From positions 314,092,001 through 314,156,000 of the forward strand of contig OZ024742.1 of assembly GCA_964016885.1 (NCBI GenBank): 64,000 bases of DNA, written 5' to 3'. Positions 1-13,243 of this stretch are shown here, piece after piece. Numbering within the stretch: position 1 is the first letter of the stretch; every line of letters begins with the position of its first letter. Made by a program: the position numbers and the translations under genes. Source of the stretch: Eledone cirrhosa (Eukaryota). The notes beneath the pieces are model-generated. The model saw only the letters and a list, made by a program, of their open reading frames with translations. It searched no databases and had not been told where the DNA came from.

Positions 1-2217
1 ATCTCCTCGAGGCGGTCTACTGCAACTGCCAACATAACGGGAGAATTCCCTGTTCTGTGACCAAGGGCGTAGTCACGCTAGTGAGGAAGGACGAGAACAA
101 GGGGGACGAAATAAGTAACTTCAGGCCCATAACTCTGCTAAATACAGAGTTACAGATTTTGGCCAAGGTTTAGCAAAGAGGTTGGCTCTTGTCGTGGGCA
201 ACCTGGTGGAAGATGCGCAGACATGTGCTATCCTGTCCAGATCCATCCACGACAACCTCCACATCATGCGATACATCATAGAGAAGGTTGGGAACGAACC
301 CGGCTTTAGTGGGGCCCTAATCAACTTGGATCAATCTAAGGCGTTCAATAGGGTCGATCATGGTTACGGTGCTAGCGGCGGCAGGCTTCGGACCCGTTTT
401 CAGGGGCTGGATCACTGCTATGCACAGCAGCCGCATCTGCTCTAGAGTCAAGGTGAACGGCTACCTCTCGGAGCCGTTCGAAATCTCGCGGTCCATCCGA
501 CAAGGGTGCCCTCTCTCCTCCCTTCTGTATGTATTGACTCTCGAGCCACTACTGCGGAAGCTGGAGTTGTTGCAGGGCATCCATTTGGAACCGCGATTGC
601 GGAAAGCGGTGTCGGGCTACGCCGATGACGTGACAGTTCTGGTGTCGACGGCCTCAGAAATCGGGGCGATCGGCACCTTACTGGAGGAGTACGAAAGGTT
701 TACAGGGGCTAAGCTGAACCGGGACAAGTCGATCGGTTTGCAACTCGGCACGTGGAGGGAAAACCGATGCCCTCCGATGGCGTCGTCGGACGGTGGGCCC
801 GGTGAAGTTTCTCGGGGTCTGGTTCGGACCAGACCTCCAGGTGGAGAAGAACTGGGGTGAGGTTACTAACAGGGTGTTTGCACTGACCCAGAAGTGGGCC
901 AGTTGCAAATTATCCCTGAATCGGGTGGAGGTGGCGAACACCTATATAGCGTCCGTCATCTACTACGCCTGACCGTTGTGCCTTGCCCAAGGGAAACCCT
1001 GGCCAGGATGGAGGGCGCACTCTTCCAGTTCCTTTGGAAGAAGCGGGCTCCTTTGGTTAGAAAATCCATCTGCTGTCAACACCCTTGGAAAGGAGGGCTG
1101 GGGATGCTGTGGCTAATGATGCGTAAACACGCATTAAGGCTACAGCACCTCCACGTATTCCTCACCGGTCAACCGGTGTGGGCCCCGTTTGTGAGACGAA
1201 CCTTTCCAAGACTCGTCTCACTCACCGAACTGCAATCCTGGGTCAAGCAAAGACCAAGAAAACTGGGCGCCTGGGACACTGAGTGTGCCCAGGCGCTCAC
1301 GGCCTTCTGGCAGGCGGACCCGGTTATCAGTGGAGACTCTATCGCGACATTCTATAGAGGGCTGGTACGCAGCAAGTGCGACGACGCCCTCAGAGAAGCC
1401 CTAGACATGGAGGAAGACGAACTGGCCATCCTGTTCGGTAGGACATTCAGCCCGGGACCTATGGACAACTTCCAGAAGTCCCTGGCTTGGAAGTGCTACT
1501 GAGGGGCTCTACCCGTTCGAGAAAAGCTCTACAGACACGGGCGTCCGGGTAGGGACCCCGCCAAAAAGATCTGTCCCAGATGCGTGTGCGACGAGGGAAC
1601 CGTTGCACACGCATTGGTACACTGCTCGGTCGTAGCCGATCTGTGGGGCTATGTCGAACGAATACTGTCACGGGTGGGACCGATCCGGTTTACCACCGAA
1701 GCCATTGTAATGATTAAGCCGCCTCCCCCCTTCAAAAATGAAGGAGAGGCGGTGTTTCTGTGCGTGAAAGAGGTTGTATGGTGGATGCGTCTGAAAGGAC
1801 TGAGGTCAGGCACCTTTCTCTCTGGCCAACAACTGATCCGTTTCTTCCGATATCATTTCGGAAGAAGGATCAGGATGGAGAGGGAGGTGCTCCACCCCAG
1901 TCGTTTTTATGAAAGGTGGGTGAAAGTGGCGAGAATGGCCCGTGTGAATGGGCCTTCTCTCTACATCAGCCTGTAGGTGGAAAAGATGAAGGAACGAGGG
2001 AGAAGCCCCTCTCTGTGCTCCTGAGAAGAAGGGTTGCACACTTTGTTAGGGGGTGTGTGCGACCTCCCAAAACGCCTCCTCCCTATTGTGAACTTTATTG
2101 TTAATTTTATATTTGTTATTTGTTTTATATTTGTTATTTGTTTTCTTTACTCGCCTTTTTGTGTAAACTCCCCTCCCTTGTATGTGTCTCCTTCTTTTGC
2201 ACCTTGGTGGCAATAAA
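1..2217 (+). mobile_element. L1-Tx1-clade non-LTR retrotransposon, ORF2 RT to 3' end, frameshifted, cut by the window start
   Basis: RT motifs across frames: NFRPITLLNTE, LINLDQSKAFNRVDH, IRQGCPLSSLLY, YADD, GGLGM. C-terminal CPRC..TVAHALVHC knuckle, T-rich 3' UTR, AATAAA at ~2212. Confidence 0.9.
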
Positions 2218-2444
2218 TAGAAATATATCTACCTACCCACCCACCCCCCTACCTACCTATGTATCTATCTATCTATCTATTTATCTATCTATCTATCTCC
2301 GCCTGGCTACCTGTCTGTCTATTTGTCTAGCTGTCTGCCATCTTTATTAACTATCACAGACGACTACCTAAAACCTCAAATATTCCTGCTACTCAACTGA
2401 TACCATAGTTAAGTTTTATGATCATGAAAGCTGCACATTGATGT

Positions 2445-2577
2445 TTTTAATTAACATCGAAAAGATGAAATGCAAAGTTGACCTCGACGTTTTTTTTAAC
2501 ACAGAGCTCAGACAGCCTGAACAAATACTGCAAAGAATTCCATCCAACGATCTAACAGTTCTGCCAATTCGCCGCCC
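2445..2577 (-). mobile_element. tRNA-derived SINE, old diverged copy
   Basis: Reverse complement resembles the ttggcag..gaggtcaactttgcatttcatc consensus of the other copies. Confidence 0.55.
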
Positions 2578-3767
2578 ATAAAGAATAAAAAATTATGCTG
2601 TCATTATTTAGTCCAGTACTGGGGTCTAATTTTCCTCTATATCTCTTTTTCGCTTCCTCTCTATCACTCTCTTCTTTTTTCTTTTTCTCTGGAAGAAATC
2701 GGCTGTGTTTATACCTAGCGAGGCGATGGTCTTCAACAGGTTTTAAATATTCGAGGCATTCTGTTTGTCACTATGACATACTAAGACTCCATAATATATG
2801 AAATATATCTGAATATGGCCACCCTCAGATCATTTGAAAATAGTGATGAAGTAAACATTTATTGTTGTTTTCTGTTCCATTATATTGTTCATAAAAACAA
2901 AGGACTATTGAAATCACAACTAAAACAGCCACTTGGTGGAATTGTTTGTGGATAATACATAGGCAGCATTTCTTGATAGTGCAGGAGGAAATCTGCAGTG
3001 TAAGCCTCCGAGGAATTCTACTATTATACAGTGCTACCTCTGGTCCCGGGTTAAGAAATGTTGACCTTTCGATCGAGAGTCTGAAAACTTATCAATTCGG
3101 ACCACAGTTTGATAATTTAATAACTTGGTCAATGTTAACACTCCATTAAAACACGGACAATACTGGGAGAAGGAAAAGGAAAATCAAAGCAAATATTGAA
3201 AACATATCGTAGTCCGTTTATCTGCACTAACCAGATCGATCTGTAGAAGAATGGGTACTGAGGTGTAGAAGCACAAAACAAATATCGATAAAATATGATC
3301 ATATAGTTCTCACAAAGAACTAGAAAAAATTAAACCACTAATCAATAAATCAATTTAATCAATTTAAGCAATTCAATTTGGTATCAAAAATAATATTTTC
3401 CCGTCAGGAATCTTTCGATATTGCTAACATAAAAAAAAACCCAGTGTCACAGACGTTTGACTTTATTATTTTTGCTGAAATAAAAAACAAAATCCTCTAA
3501 AATAAATCTCTTAACCCTACGTACATCTGTATTGTCTGAACAATTGAAATAATCTTCGGTTGAGTCTCTCAGACCATAATAGTATTAAATTCACAATTTC
3601 CATTATTCTCAATATTATAGTTAATAACGATTTTTTGGTCAAAATTCAAGGCTATATTGTGCTCACTGTCATAAGGTATTGATGTCTGTGAGTCTGTGTG
3701 TGTGTGTCTGTATGTATGTGTGTGTGTGTGTGTCTGTGTGTGTGCATGCGTGTGTGTGTGTGTGTGT

Positions 3768-3819
<52 letters not shown>

Positions 3820-3889
3820 CTGTAGGAGTGACTATGTGTTGGACTTCTGTCAGTTCCGAAGACGCATGTTCCAGTTGTTTAATCACAGA

Positions 3890-4090
3890 AATGGCTGCTC
3901 CTGAGATTAAGTTGCAAGTAACTGCATTCTAGAAACATGTGAAACCTTACCGTAGTCCTCATGGAGAGACAATGTGATTCACTATATGACAAGGCTGGTC
4001 CCCTTAAGTTACAGGTTCAATTCATGTTTGACAGCTGAGTAGTCCAGAGCAAGGTAAAGTACACTGTCTTGCTCAAGCATACAACGTTCC
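3890..4090 (-). mobile_element. CORE-type SINE remnant
   Basis: Contains gtcttgctcaag, the reverse complement of the cttgagcaag core seen at ~28379. Confidence 0.4.
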
Positions 4091-4232
4091 ACCAAGAATC
4101 AACTTCCTAAACACTGACAATTTTATAGATTTGTTCAAGTCATTGTCCCCAATCTACTTATGTATTTGTGAAAACCATAATCATCATGATTCCGCATTCT
4201 CATTTATTCTAATATATAGCTGTTTCTGGAGG

Positions 4233-4388
4233 CGAGTTGGCAGTGTCGTTAGAATATCGGATGGGATGCTTAACTTGCGGTATTCGTTTCAGATTTTTGC
4301 TCTCTGAGTTTAAATCCCGCCAAGGTCAAAATTGCGCCCTTCATTTATTCGAGGTCGATAAAAATGTACCAGTGAAGTACTGGGGTAG
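4233..4388 (+). mobile_element. tRNA-derived SINE
   Basis: A-box-like ttggcagtgtcgttag, B-box-like gagtttaaatccc, then gaggtcgataaaaatgtaccag. Confidence 0.75.
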
Positions 4389-4999
4389 ATTCTTCGTTTA
4401 TATCTCTTTATCACTTCAATTATCTCACTCTCGGGTAGAAATCTGCTGTATTCAGGCAGGGAGAGGAGTTGAGCTCCACCAAGTTTTAAAATGCCCAAGA
4501 AACACCGTATGTCAATACGGTTCCTCTACGTCTACTTCAGTAGTTACGGGACCATGCATTCATGCATAGCTGTTACAAGTACAAAAAAGTATTATTATAT
4601 AAGACAGGGTGTTGAGTACCACAGAGTGCAAGTGATATCTTGGTCTTGTGACCCGTATTATGCGTACCAGTTTTGATTCAATACAAACTAATTTCCCTTC
4701 TTTACTTTATCAATGACCTTAAAAAATTAAACATCGCAAATTTTTCCATTCTCTTTAAAATACATATATAAGTTATATAATATCATGGTAGAAGAATTAT
4801 TAGCGTAAACGGCTGTGTCTCGGGCATGTATGTTATGGTAATTATTAATGTGTCTCATGCTCCTCTATTCATATTGTATCAGGGCTATTTGTCTCTGTCT
4901 TCCTTTTAGAATTGATGATATGGACCATATTACTAATATTTGATACGTATTTCGTTCAAATAACTCTTTCATCTAGTTAATAGAATATTGTTGGTATTA

Positions 5000-5372
5000 T
5001 TTGGCAGTATCGGTAGAGGGTCGGACGCCTTGCTTTGTAGCAAAGAGTTACGGCCCTTATGGTCTGAGTTCAAATTCCACTGAGGTTAACTTTGACTTTC
5101 ATCCTTACGAGGTCGATAAAATAAAGTACCAGTAATACACTGGAATAATTGTTGGTCTTGTACCAAAAGTAGAAACAATTATTAGAGCGACGGACAACAT
5201 GTTTCGTGACATATAGTTACGGCCCTTTACGTTTTGAGTTCAAATCCCGCCGAGGTTTGCCTTGCCTTTCATCCTTTGAGGTCGATAAATAAAACACTAG
5301 TAATGCACTGGGGTCGATTCAATCGACATTTTCGCTTCCCACAAAATTGCTGGCCTTGTACTCCCAGTAGAT
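5000..5372 (+). mobile_element. Two tandem tRNA-derived SINE copies
   Basis: Two successive matches to tgagttcaaat..gaggtt..tttcatcctt..gaggtcgataaa..tac(c)ag..cactgg..ccttgt. Confidence 0.85.
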
Positions 5373-5952
5373 ATCATAATTTTGTAAACTAAGGTTTGAA
5401 ATAAGAAACGTTATGCAAGGAATCAGATGCGTTAATTTGACTAGCAGGCACTCTGTTATTTGAAGCGGCTTAGTTTGATGCAAAGTTTGATGTAGAATTA
5501 TTCATCAACGATAATTGTATAGAACTCGATTTACGTCAAAAGTTTTGTCATAGCATCAAGATATTCTACGCTCTGTAGAAAGCGAATCTAGATTTATAAT
5601 TAAGTACTATTTGGAGTTTAAAACAATTGAAAATGTCGGAAATAATTCATCGTTAAGGGTGTAGTTAGGTCATTTGTCAAAGTCAGAGATTCAATAATTT
5701 CAATTAATCTGAAGATTACTTTGCAAAAATTATGACTAACATTAATATTTGACGTCAGCCCGGATGTCAGTAAGGAGATTGACTTCATTGAATTGAAACT
5801 CTTGGACAATAAATCATTGCATTTGAACTATTTTAGTATTTAGTGGCTTCAACAAAGTAACAGCATGAAGACTACAACAGTGTTCGAAAGTTGTTCATAT
5901 TTGATTGATACAAGAGATGCCCACATAGAACAAGTTATGATATTAATAATAA

Positions 5953-6018
5953 TTGTTTCTACTTTTAGCACAAGGCCAGCAATTACTCAGTGTATTACTG
6001 GTACTTTATTTTATCGAC
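5953..6018 (-). mobile_element. SINE 3' part, truncated by the assembly gap
   Basis: Reverse complement of the SINE tail gtcgataaaataaagtaccagtaatacactg..aaaagtagaaacaatt. Confidence 0.8.
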
Positions 6019-6218
6019 NNNNNNNNNNNNNNNNNNNNNNNNNNNNNNNNNNNNNNNNNNNNNNNNNNNNNNNNNNNNNNNNNNNNNNNNNNNNNNNNNN
6101 NNNNNNNNNNNNNNNNNNNNNNNNNNNNNNNNNNNNNNNNNNNNNNNNNNNNNNNNNNNNNNNNNNNNNNNNNNNNNNNNNNNNNNNNNNNNNNNNNNNN
6201 NNNNNNNNNNNNNNNNNN
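6019..6218. other. Assembly gap (200 N)
   Basis: Run of N. Confidence 1.
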
Positions 6219-6329
6219 GACGACGAGAAGAGGATGAAAAGGAAGATGATGATACGATAGTGATTTCATTAGACTTTGCAGAAAGAATTTTTACACTTTT
6301 GTCAGTTGTATCAAATTTGTAATTTGATA

Positions 6330-7000
6330 AACTCCGTAGAGATAAACAACAGACTCGGACCTAGCACGACAACAACATATAAATGCGAATCAGGAGCAGG
6401 CTAAATACCATAGAATATTATCGTGGCATGCCCAAATAAAGATGGGACGTAATTTACGAAAATAATACGTATTTTACAACTCGAACAATCCCAACAAAAA
6501 AGAAGATGCAAAGCTCAATGCCCAAACAAAATTAACTAAAATGGACAAATTCACTAAGAAGGTTGAACATGGGTACTTGAGAGGAAAAACAAACCACATA
6601 GGAGATAAACCATATTACGAAGTTAACATGGAGTTCCGACACGTATTTAGCATCCCGCCTTCAAGTATATTTCCATGCAATCCACGAACAAAAAATCCCC
6701 ACCAACTGCACAAAAGAAGAATGTCACCAGTTGAATAAATGTAAGCTGTGCAAGAAAAATGCAAGATAATGAGGATAACTACGGAACATGGATAAGGAGT
6801 TTGCAGATCCAATATGCAATATACACATTCAGTTTCATACATGTCATTATTGGATCTACAGATTATACCCCAGTTCACCTAGACTAAAATATAACTGAAC
6901 TAGGATTTGTTGAGAAAAGAGATTGCTTCTTAATTCATAACCTACAAATGATTGCGATATCTGGAATATTCAAGCATTCTTACAATTCAAATGATGAACG
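6330..7000 (+). mobile_element. Highly decayed R4/Dong-like LINE C-terminal fragment
   Basis: HGYL followed by AIHEQKIPTN (compare the R4 AxQEQxxxT motif) and CKLC. Many stops and frameshifts. Confidence 0.4.
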
Positions 7001-7263
7001 CTTACACAAGAGGCTACGACAATTTCCTTCCTTTACAGCCTTGGCACCGAAAAGGTGGACTGCAAAATATAAACTCAAAATTAAGAGAGAGAACATACAT
7101 TACAAGCATACTTTCATACATACATAGATACATACATGCATGCATGCATATATGAATATAAATATGAATACATACATAAATACATGCACACACACATATA
7201 TATATATATATATATACATACATATAATATGTATATATATAATATATATATTATATAAATATG

Positions 7264-7300
<37 letters not shown>

Positions 7301-7532
7301 TATATATATATATGCATGTATCTATGTACATATTTACGTTTATATGCATGTATGTATGTATGTATGTATGTATGTATGTATGTATGTATGTATGTATGTA
7401 TGTATGTATGTATGTATGTATGTATGTATATATGTATGTGTGTATGTATGTAAGTATGCATGTATGTAATGTATGTTCTCTCTTTCACTTAATTTTGAGT
7501 TTACATTTTACCGTCCACCTTCTATATATATA

Positions 7533-8376
7533 CAAAGTGTGTCAGAAAAGTTCCAGGACTGATGTCACAAAAGATTTATTTCAAACCCAAACTTCACACT
7601 AAGAGTTTTCTTCTTCAAAGTAATCCCCCTGGAGTATGTAACTGTAATCTTAGCTCTCTGCAGCGATCAAACTTTTTTCTTCATAATTTTATATATGTGT
7701 CCTCTGTTTCAGGTCGTCAAGCAATGAGCACAGAGCAACGAACAAACTTGGTTGCTGCATTCAAGTGTATGGAGATGAGGCGATGTCATGCTCACGTGTT
7801 TTTGAGTGGTGGAAGAGGTTTAAAGAAGGACGCGAGGACGTGGAAGATGATCAAGGAGCGGAAGGTCCTCAACAACCAGGACTGAAGTCAACGCTGATGG
7901 TGCGTAGCGATCGTCGGCGGACTGTTCTACTGATGACAAATGAGCTGGGCATCAATCGGGACAGCGTCTGGAAGATTCTCACTGAAGATTTGGACATGCT
8001 GAAAGTCTCCGCGAAGATGGTGCCAAAACTGCTGAACGATGACCAGAAGGTTGACGCATGCAAGTGTGCCAGGACATCCTCGAGCGTCTTGAAACCGAAC
8101 CAGACTTGGTAGGGATAGTCATCACCAATCTTCGAGTACGACCCGGAAACCAAACGTTTTGAAGACGTGGACGACATCAAAAAGGCCGTGACGACGGAAC
8201 TGCGGAGGATCCCCGAAGAATCCTTCCAGGAGTGCATACAAGCGTGGCAGAAAAGGATGGAAAAGTGCATTAGACTCCAGGGGGATTATTTTGAAGGAGA
8301 AAACTCTTTGCGTGAAGTTTGGGTTTGAAATAAATCTTTTGTGACGTCAGTCCTGGAACTTTTCTGACACACCTCG
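7533..8376 (+). mobile_element. Mariner DNA transposon, internally deleted, ~100-bp TIRs, TA flanks
   Basis: TIRs caaagtgtgtcagaaaagttccaggactga.. / ..tcagtcctggaacttttctgacacacctcg. Transposase pieces: HTH YGDEAMSCSRVFEWWKRFKEGREDVEDD, KMVPKLL (WVPxxL-like) and C-terminal WQKRMEKCIRLQGDYFEG. Most of the catalytic domain is missing. Confidence 0.92.
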
Positions 8377-8407
<31 letters not shown>

Positions 8408-8842
8408 GTTGAATATACAGGAGAGATAAACACAAATATAAACATACATGTGTTCGAATTGTAAAGGACATATTTTTAGAAGTGGAAGGATCGCTAATTC
8501 TTATACCTACTGATGAACAGAGAGTTGGTGATGCCTTCGCTTAATAATAATTTTGCGTAACAGATTCTATAACTGTCTAGGTGTTTTCAGGCAGTTGCCC
8601 AATATAGGTTTGTTATTCTTTTTCTTAATTTACTACTTTAAATTAAGTTTGGCAAACCATATTGTTATAGTTAGTATTTTTTCACCCTAGCAAAACTGGT
8701 CCTTTACAATTCGAACACGTATATGTTTATATTTGTGTTTTTCTATCCTGTATATTCAACTATATTACACTTCTCAGAAAAACTTCTTTCTTAGCGCTAT
8801 TTAATTGTAAGAGACTATTTTGAGTTTCTAACTCAGTATTTG

Positions 8843-8956
<114 letters not shown>

Positions 8957-9210
8957 GCAATTAAATATATACATAAAATATATATTCTCAAGTGGCCAAT
9001 TTATTCATTATCTAATATGGAAGCAGCATGCCGTGTTTATTTCCAGCTCTTCAAGTTAGATATTATTAAATGCTTTTCTGCATGAAAGGATTCTACTTTA
9101 TAAGCATTCTTTTGTTGAACGGAAGTATCTATTAAGTCTTTGGATGCGTTTGTCACTTTGAGAAAAACGACAGTATATTAGGCCACTTTTTTATCCAGTG
9201 TGCTTCAACT

Positions 9211-9262
<52 letters not shown>

Positions 9263-9406
9263 AAGATATATATATTGGGAAAGTGAGTTTTTTTTACAAA
9301 ATGAAAAAAAAAACAGATGTCCTACACGAGTGAAAGTATAAGGAAAAAAGATGAAATCGAAAATGCAACTTGAGTTTATAAAAAAAAAAAAAAAATTATT
9401 TGGTTC

Positions 9407-9442
9407 CTTTACCGGTTTCGCAGTTCTTGTGCTTTTCAAAAG
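9407..9442 (-). ncRNA. Minimal type I hammerhead ribozyme, U3:A8 core
   Basis: Minus strand: CUU-UUGAAAA-GCA CAAGAAC UGC-GAAAC CG GUA^AAG. Confidence 0.75.
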
Positions 9443-9608
9443 TTGAATTGAGATGCAGGGTTTGTAGTTTTTAACCACAAACCCTCCATGTGTGTGTGTG
9501 TGTGTATGTGTGTGTGTGTATATATGTATATATATTTATGTACGTATATATGTATGCATATATATATGTATATATATATGTATATATATGTATATATATG
9601 TATATATG

Positions 9609-9734
<126 letters not shown>

Positions 9735-9994
9735 CGGATATAGCTTTTTGCTCCTATAAATATACCACGACTAACTACTACAGTTCCTCCACGTTTCACT
9801 TCCCATCTCTTCTCACCATCTGCCGTTTCCTCAATTTTTCTATTTCTTCTTTAATTTCTCATTCTATTTCCCGATGAAGGACTAACGTTCAAAATGTCAA
9901 GACACTGTTCCTATTATTATCAATATCTAGTTTACGTGGATGACACCCCAAAGCTCCATGACCATATTTGCACCTTATGCAACCTCATGGTCAT

Positions 9995-10185
9995 GAAAAG
10001 AATGTAAAGGATCGTAACTCTATGCTGCGAAGCATGGTGTCCGACACTCTACCGATACTGCCAATCCACCTCCCTTGATAATAAAGATTTCTAATTCATG
10101 CAAAAGGCCATCAATTTGAAGAGAGGGAGGGGAAAGTCGATTAAATCAAACCCAGTGCATCACTGGTACTTTATTTTGTCAACTC
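9995..10185 (-). mobile_element. SINE pieces
   Basis: Reverse-complement SINE head (gcatggtgtccgacactctaccgatactgccaatcc) and tail pieces. Confidence 0.7.
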
Positions 10186-10861
10186 TGCAAACCAAATTGG
10201 CTCCTTCTCTCTTATCTTTACTTGAGCTCAAGGTCTCGGATTATATCAATATACGGTTCCTTGTCTCTTATAGTCATCCGTTAATGATGCTACCGTTTAA
10301 AAGACTTTACATCTCTGCATCATTTAGTTTCATTTCCGACATGCATCTCTGAATGACATACACACACACTCAAAACACCTTTGATCTATGCCCCAAATCC
10401 AAACCCAGCCAATACGAAACTATCACCATCTTTGTGCTTATCGGGTCATTCGACAACTATCTCATCACGACGATCCACCATACATCGATATGATATATAA
10501 TGCTGTACACTTCAAGCCAAATAGCTGGTTAGAGTTCTACCGGTTCCCAGCTAACCCCCACAGGGAATAAATGCACTTCACTTCTAACATATCATAAACA
10601 GATATTCAGATGAATGAAACTATAATTTATGGCACGTTCATACACCAAGATACACGATTTAACAGAAGCTAAGTGGTGCCTCACTCCAGTGGTCTACCAG
10701 GATGCTGAAGAGAGAATGAAGATATAACGAATGACTTGAGAGTAGAGCTCTTATTTGAGAGCCACGGTACTCAACTACGAGAATTTGAATTATTCATTAT
10801 TCATTACCTCATTATTCTTTATACCTCGTTACACCTCATTATTCATTATACCTTAAGGGTT

Positions 10862-10952
10862 GTGGATTGGCAGTATCAGTAGAGAGTCGGACACCATGCT
10901 TTGCAGCATAGAGTTACGGTCCTTTACTCTCCTTGTGCCTATATAAGAAATC
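10862..10952 (+). mobile_element. Internally deleted SINE
   Basis: SINE head joined directly to the ccttgtgcctatataagaaa tail. Confidence 0.7.
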
Positions 10953-11092
10953 ATTATTCATTATACCTCACACACAACCAAATTTCATTGGCTCAAATAT
11001 TCCTGATAGTTCACTGATATCTGTACAGTAACAATTCAGGCAAAGAGCATGACCAGTGAATGCTATGGTCACAACCACTCACACCGGCCACG

Positions 11093-11276
11093 TGGATTGG
11101 CAGTATCAGTAGAGGGTCGGACGCCATGCTTTGTAGCAAAGAGTTACGGCCCTTCATGATCTGAGTTCAAATCCCACCGAGGTTAACTTTGCCTTTCATC
11201 CTTACGGGGTCGATAAAATAAAGTACCAGTAATACACTGGTTTATTGCTGACCTTGTGCCAAAAGTAGAAACAATT
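11093..11276 (+). mobile_element. tRNA-derived SINE, near consensus
   Basis: ggattggcagtatcagtagag..gagttcaaatcccaccgaggttaactttgcctttcatccttacggggtcgataaaataaagtaccag..aaaagtagaaacaatt. Confidence 0.9.
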
Positions 11277-13159
11277 ATTTAAAAGTAATTCACGCTCACT
11301 TTATAGGAAAAAGTTACCATATGTAATTTATAATGAGATAATTTACATTTCACCTGTTTCTGTCACAATCTACCCTCCCCTTCTTAATAGCCATCATTGA
11401 CACTTGTATTTTTAAACTAAATTATAGTTCTACAGTTTCTATTTTGTGTTAGAAAGGAAATATTCAGTTTTCTGGTATCATGGTTAGATTAAATTTCATG
11501 TGAAAAAATTCGCTGCATTTAAACAACATTAAAATGTAACTTACACTGATGGTGAAATATTTTTTTCATTGATAAAAACATCATTTTCACGAGACATCTC
11601 TAATCAAGAAATAATTGTATCGGTTTATCTTGCTTTTGTAAACAACACCAGTCTCTTGGAACATCAATAATCGGTGATCGATTAGAAGATATTTCTGTCA
11701 CAAGAATTGATCAAATGTTCGAACTAGGATAAATCACTAAAAAAAAAAGAATATACATTTTGTTGATTAGAAATATTTGATGAGTCATTACATATGTTAT
11801 ACTAATAACAGTTGATTAGAAAGGACAGGCCTCTTGGCCAGTTTGTCTCAATTCACGTTTAGTTCTTTATAATAATGACTGTCCAGAATAAATATCTTCT
11901 TTAACGACAAATCCTTTTTTCATTCTTTCTTCGAGTGTTTGCTTTTGACAATATAGACATAACTTGTTGAATCAGTCTCCATGCATTGTCCAATTTCATG
12001 ACGTACATAATTTCATACAATGATCAATTATCCTGTCTTAACTCACTAACATTAAACGGCTGTACAAATATTTGAAACGCCCAATTAGACATGCAAAGAC
12101 CAACTTCAACCAGAGTTATTAATGGAATTCCCTAATAACATTGTTTTGTGTCCCATGAGAAGACGTACGTTACGATTTTTAATAATTGTTAATGTTTTTA
12201 CTGATGCAAAGCGCATTAATTTCCTCTTAAGTCCTTAATACCTAGAATCCTGGGTGGAACTTGATGTATCCCTTATCCGAATTTGTTTATCAAGAATGAA
12301 CATATTAAAGATTATAAGGCTTTGGGAAATAGGGAATTTTGAAATCCTTCGCAGGACACGAGTATTGCATAAGTTACAGGTTGAAACTCATGTTACTAAT
12401 GCACATTGTCACACAAACATTGTATTCCACTTAAGTTTCTATACCACATGATAGTTCAAACAAAACGGAGATTAACACTTTTTGGAGCGCTATGTTTTAC
12501 AAAAAAATAACCCAGAAGTGTGAGTTTAAACGAGTCATTAATAATTTATTATTGTCTACTGAAGGATGACTTGCCACTATCTGAATCCATGCAGTATAAG
12601 TATTTCCTTGGTGAAAGTGATTAGTGTTTTACTCGTGTAAAAAAGTGAAATGAGATATGCGAAAATCATATTTACATGTGATGCATAAATAAATTATAAA
12701 GTGTACAGGATGCATTAAAACAAAAGCGAGGGACTTTTAAAACTAAATAGCCATTACCAACAAAATGATTTAATGTGAATTGTAGGTCATATAAAATAAA
12801 ACATAATGAAATTCGTAGCTACTCTCCAAAGTTAGTGTACGTCTGCTTCGCTCGTTATTATGGCCGTGACCTTTATCTCTCACCTAATATTACTGCGTTA
12901 CTCACGGAGGTATTCTGCAAATTGTAGTTGGCAAATGGATTTTGATGGCTTGCAGCAAGAATAAGCTGCACATCAACTGTGGGGGATCTAAACCAGGAAA
13001 TGCACTCCATTCAACTCAGAGTTGGTGTTCAATAGGGATATGAGGCATTTGTTCATGGTTTTTCTTCTCTTAAACTATATTCTAGAGTCTAGATTTCATA
13101 GAAAATGGTGTACTGCGAACACGTATGTTAATCATGCGATCGAACTAGACATAATTCAA

Positions 13160-13243
<84 letters not shown>

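Noticed and set aside
9870-9900. ccgatgaaggactaacgttcaaaatgtc (and ctgatgaaggact at ~25795)
   Set aside because: Probably relics of a PLE HHR, but too mutated or truncated to call.
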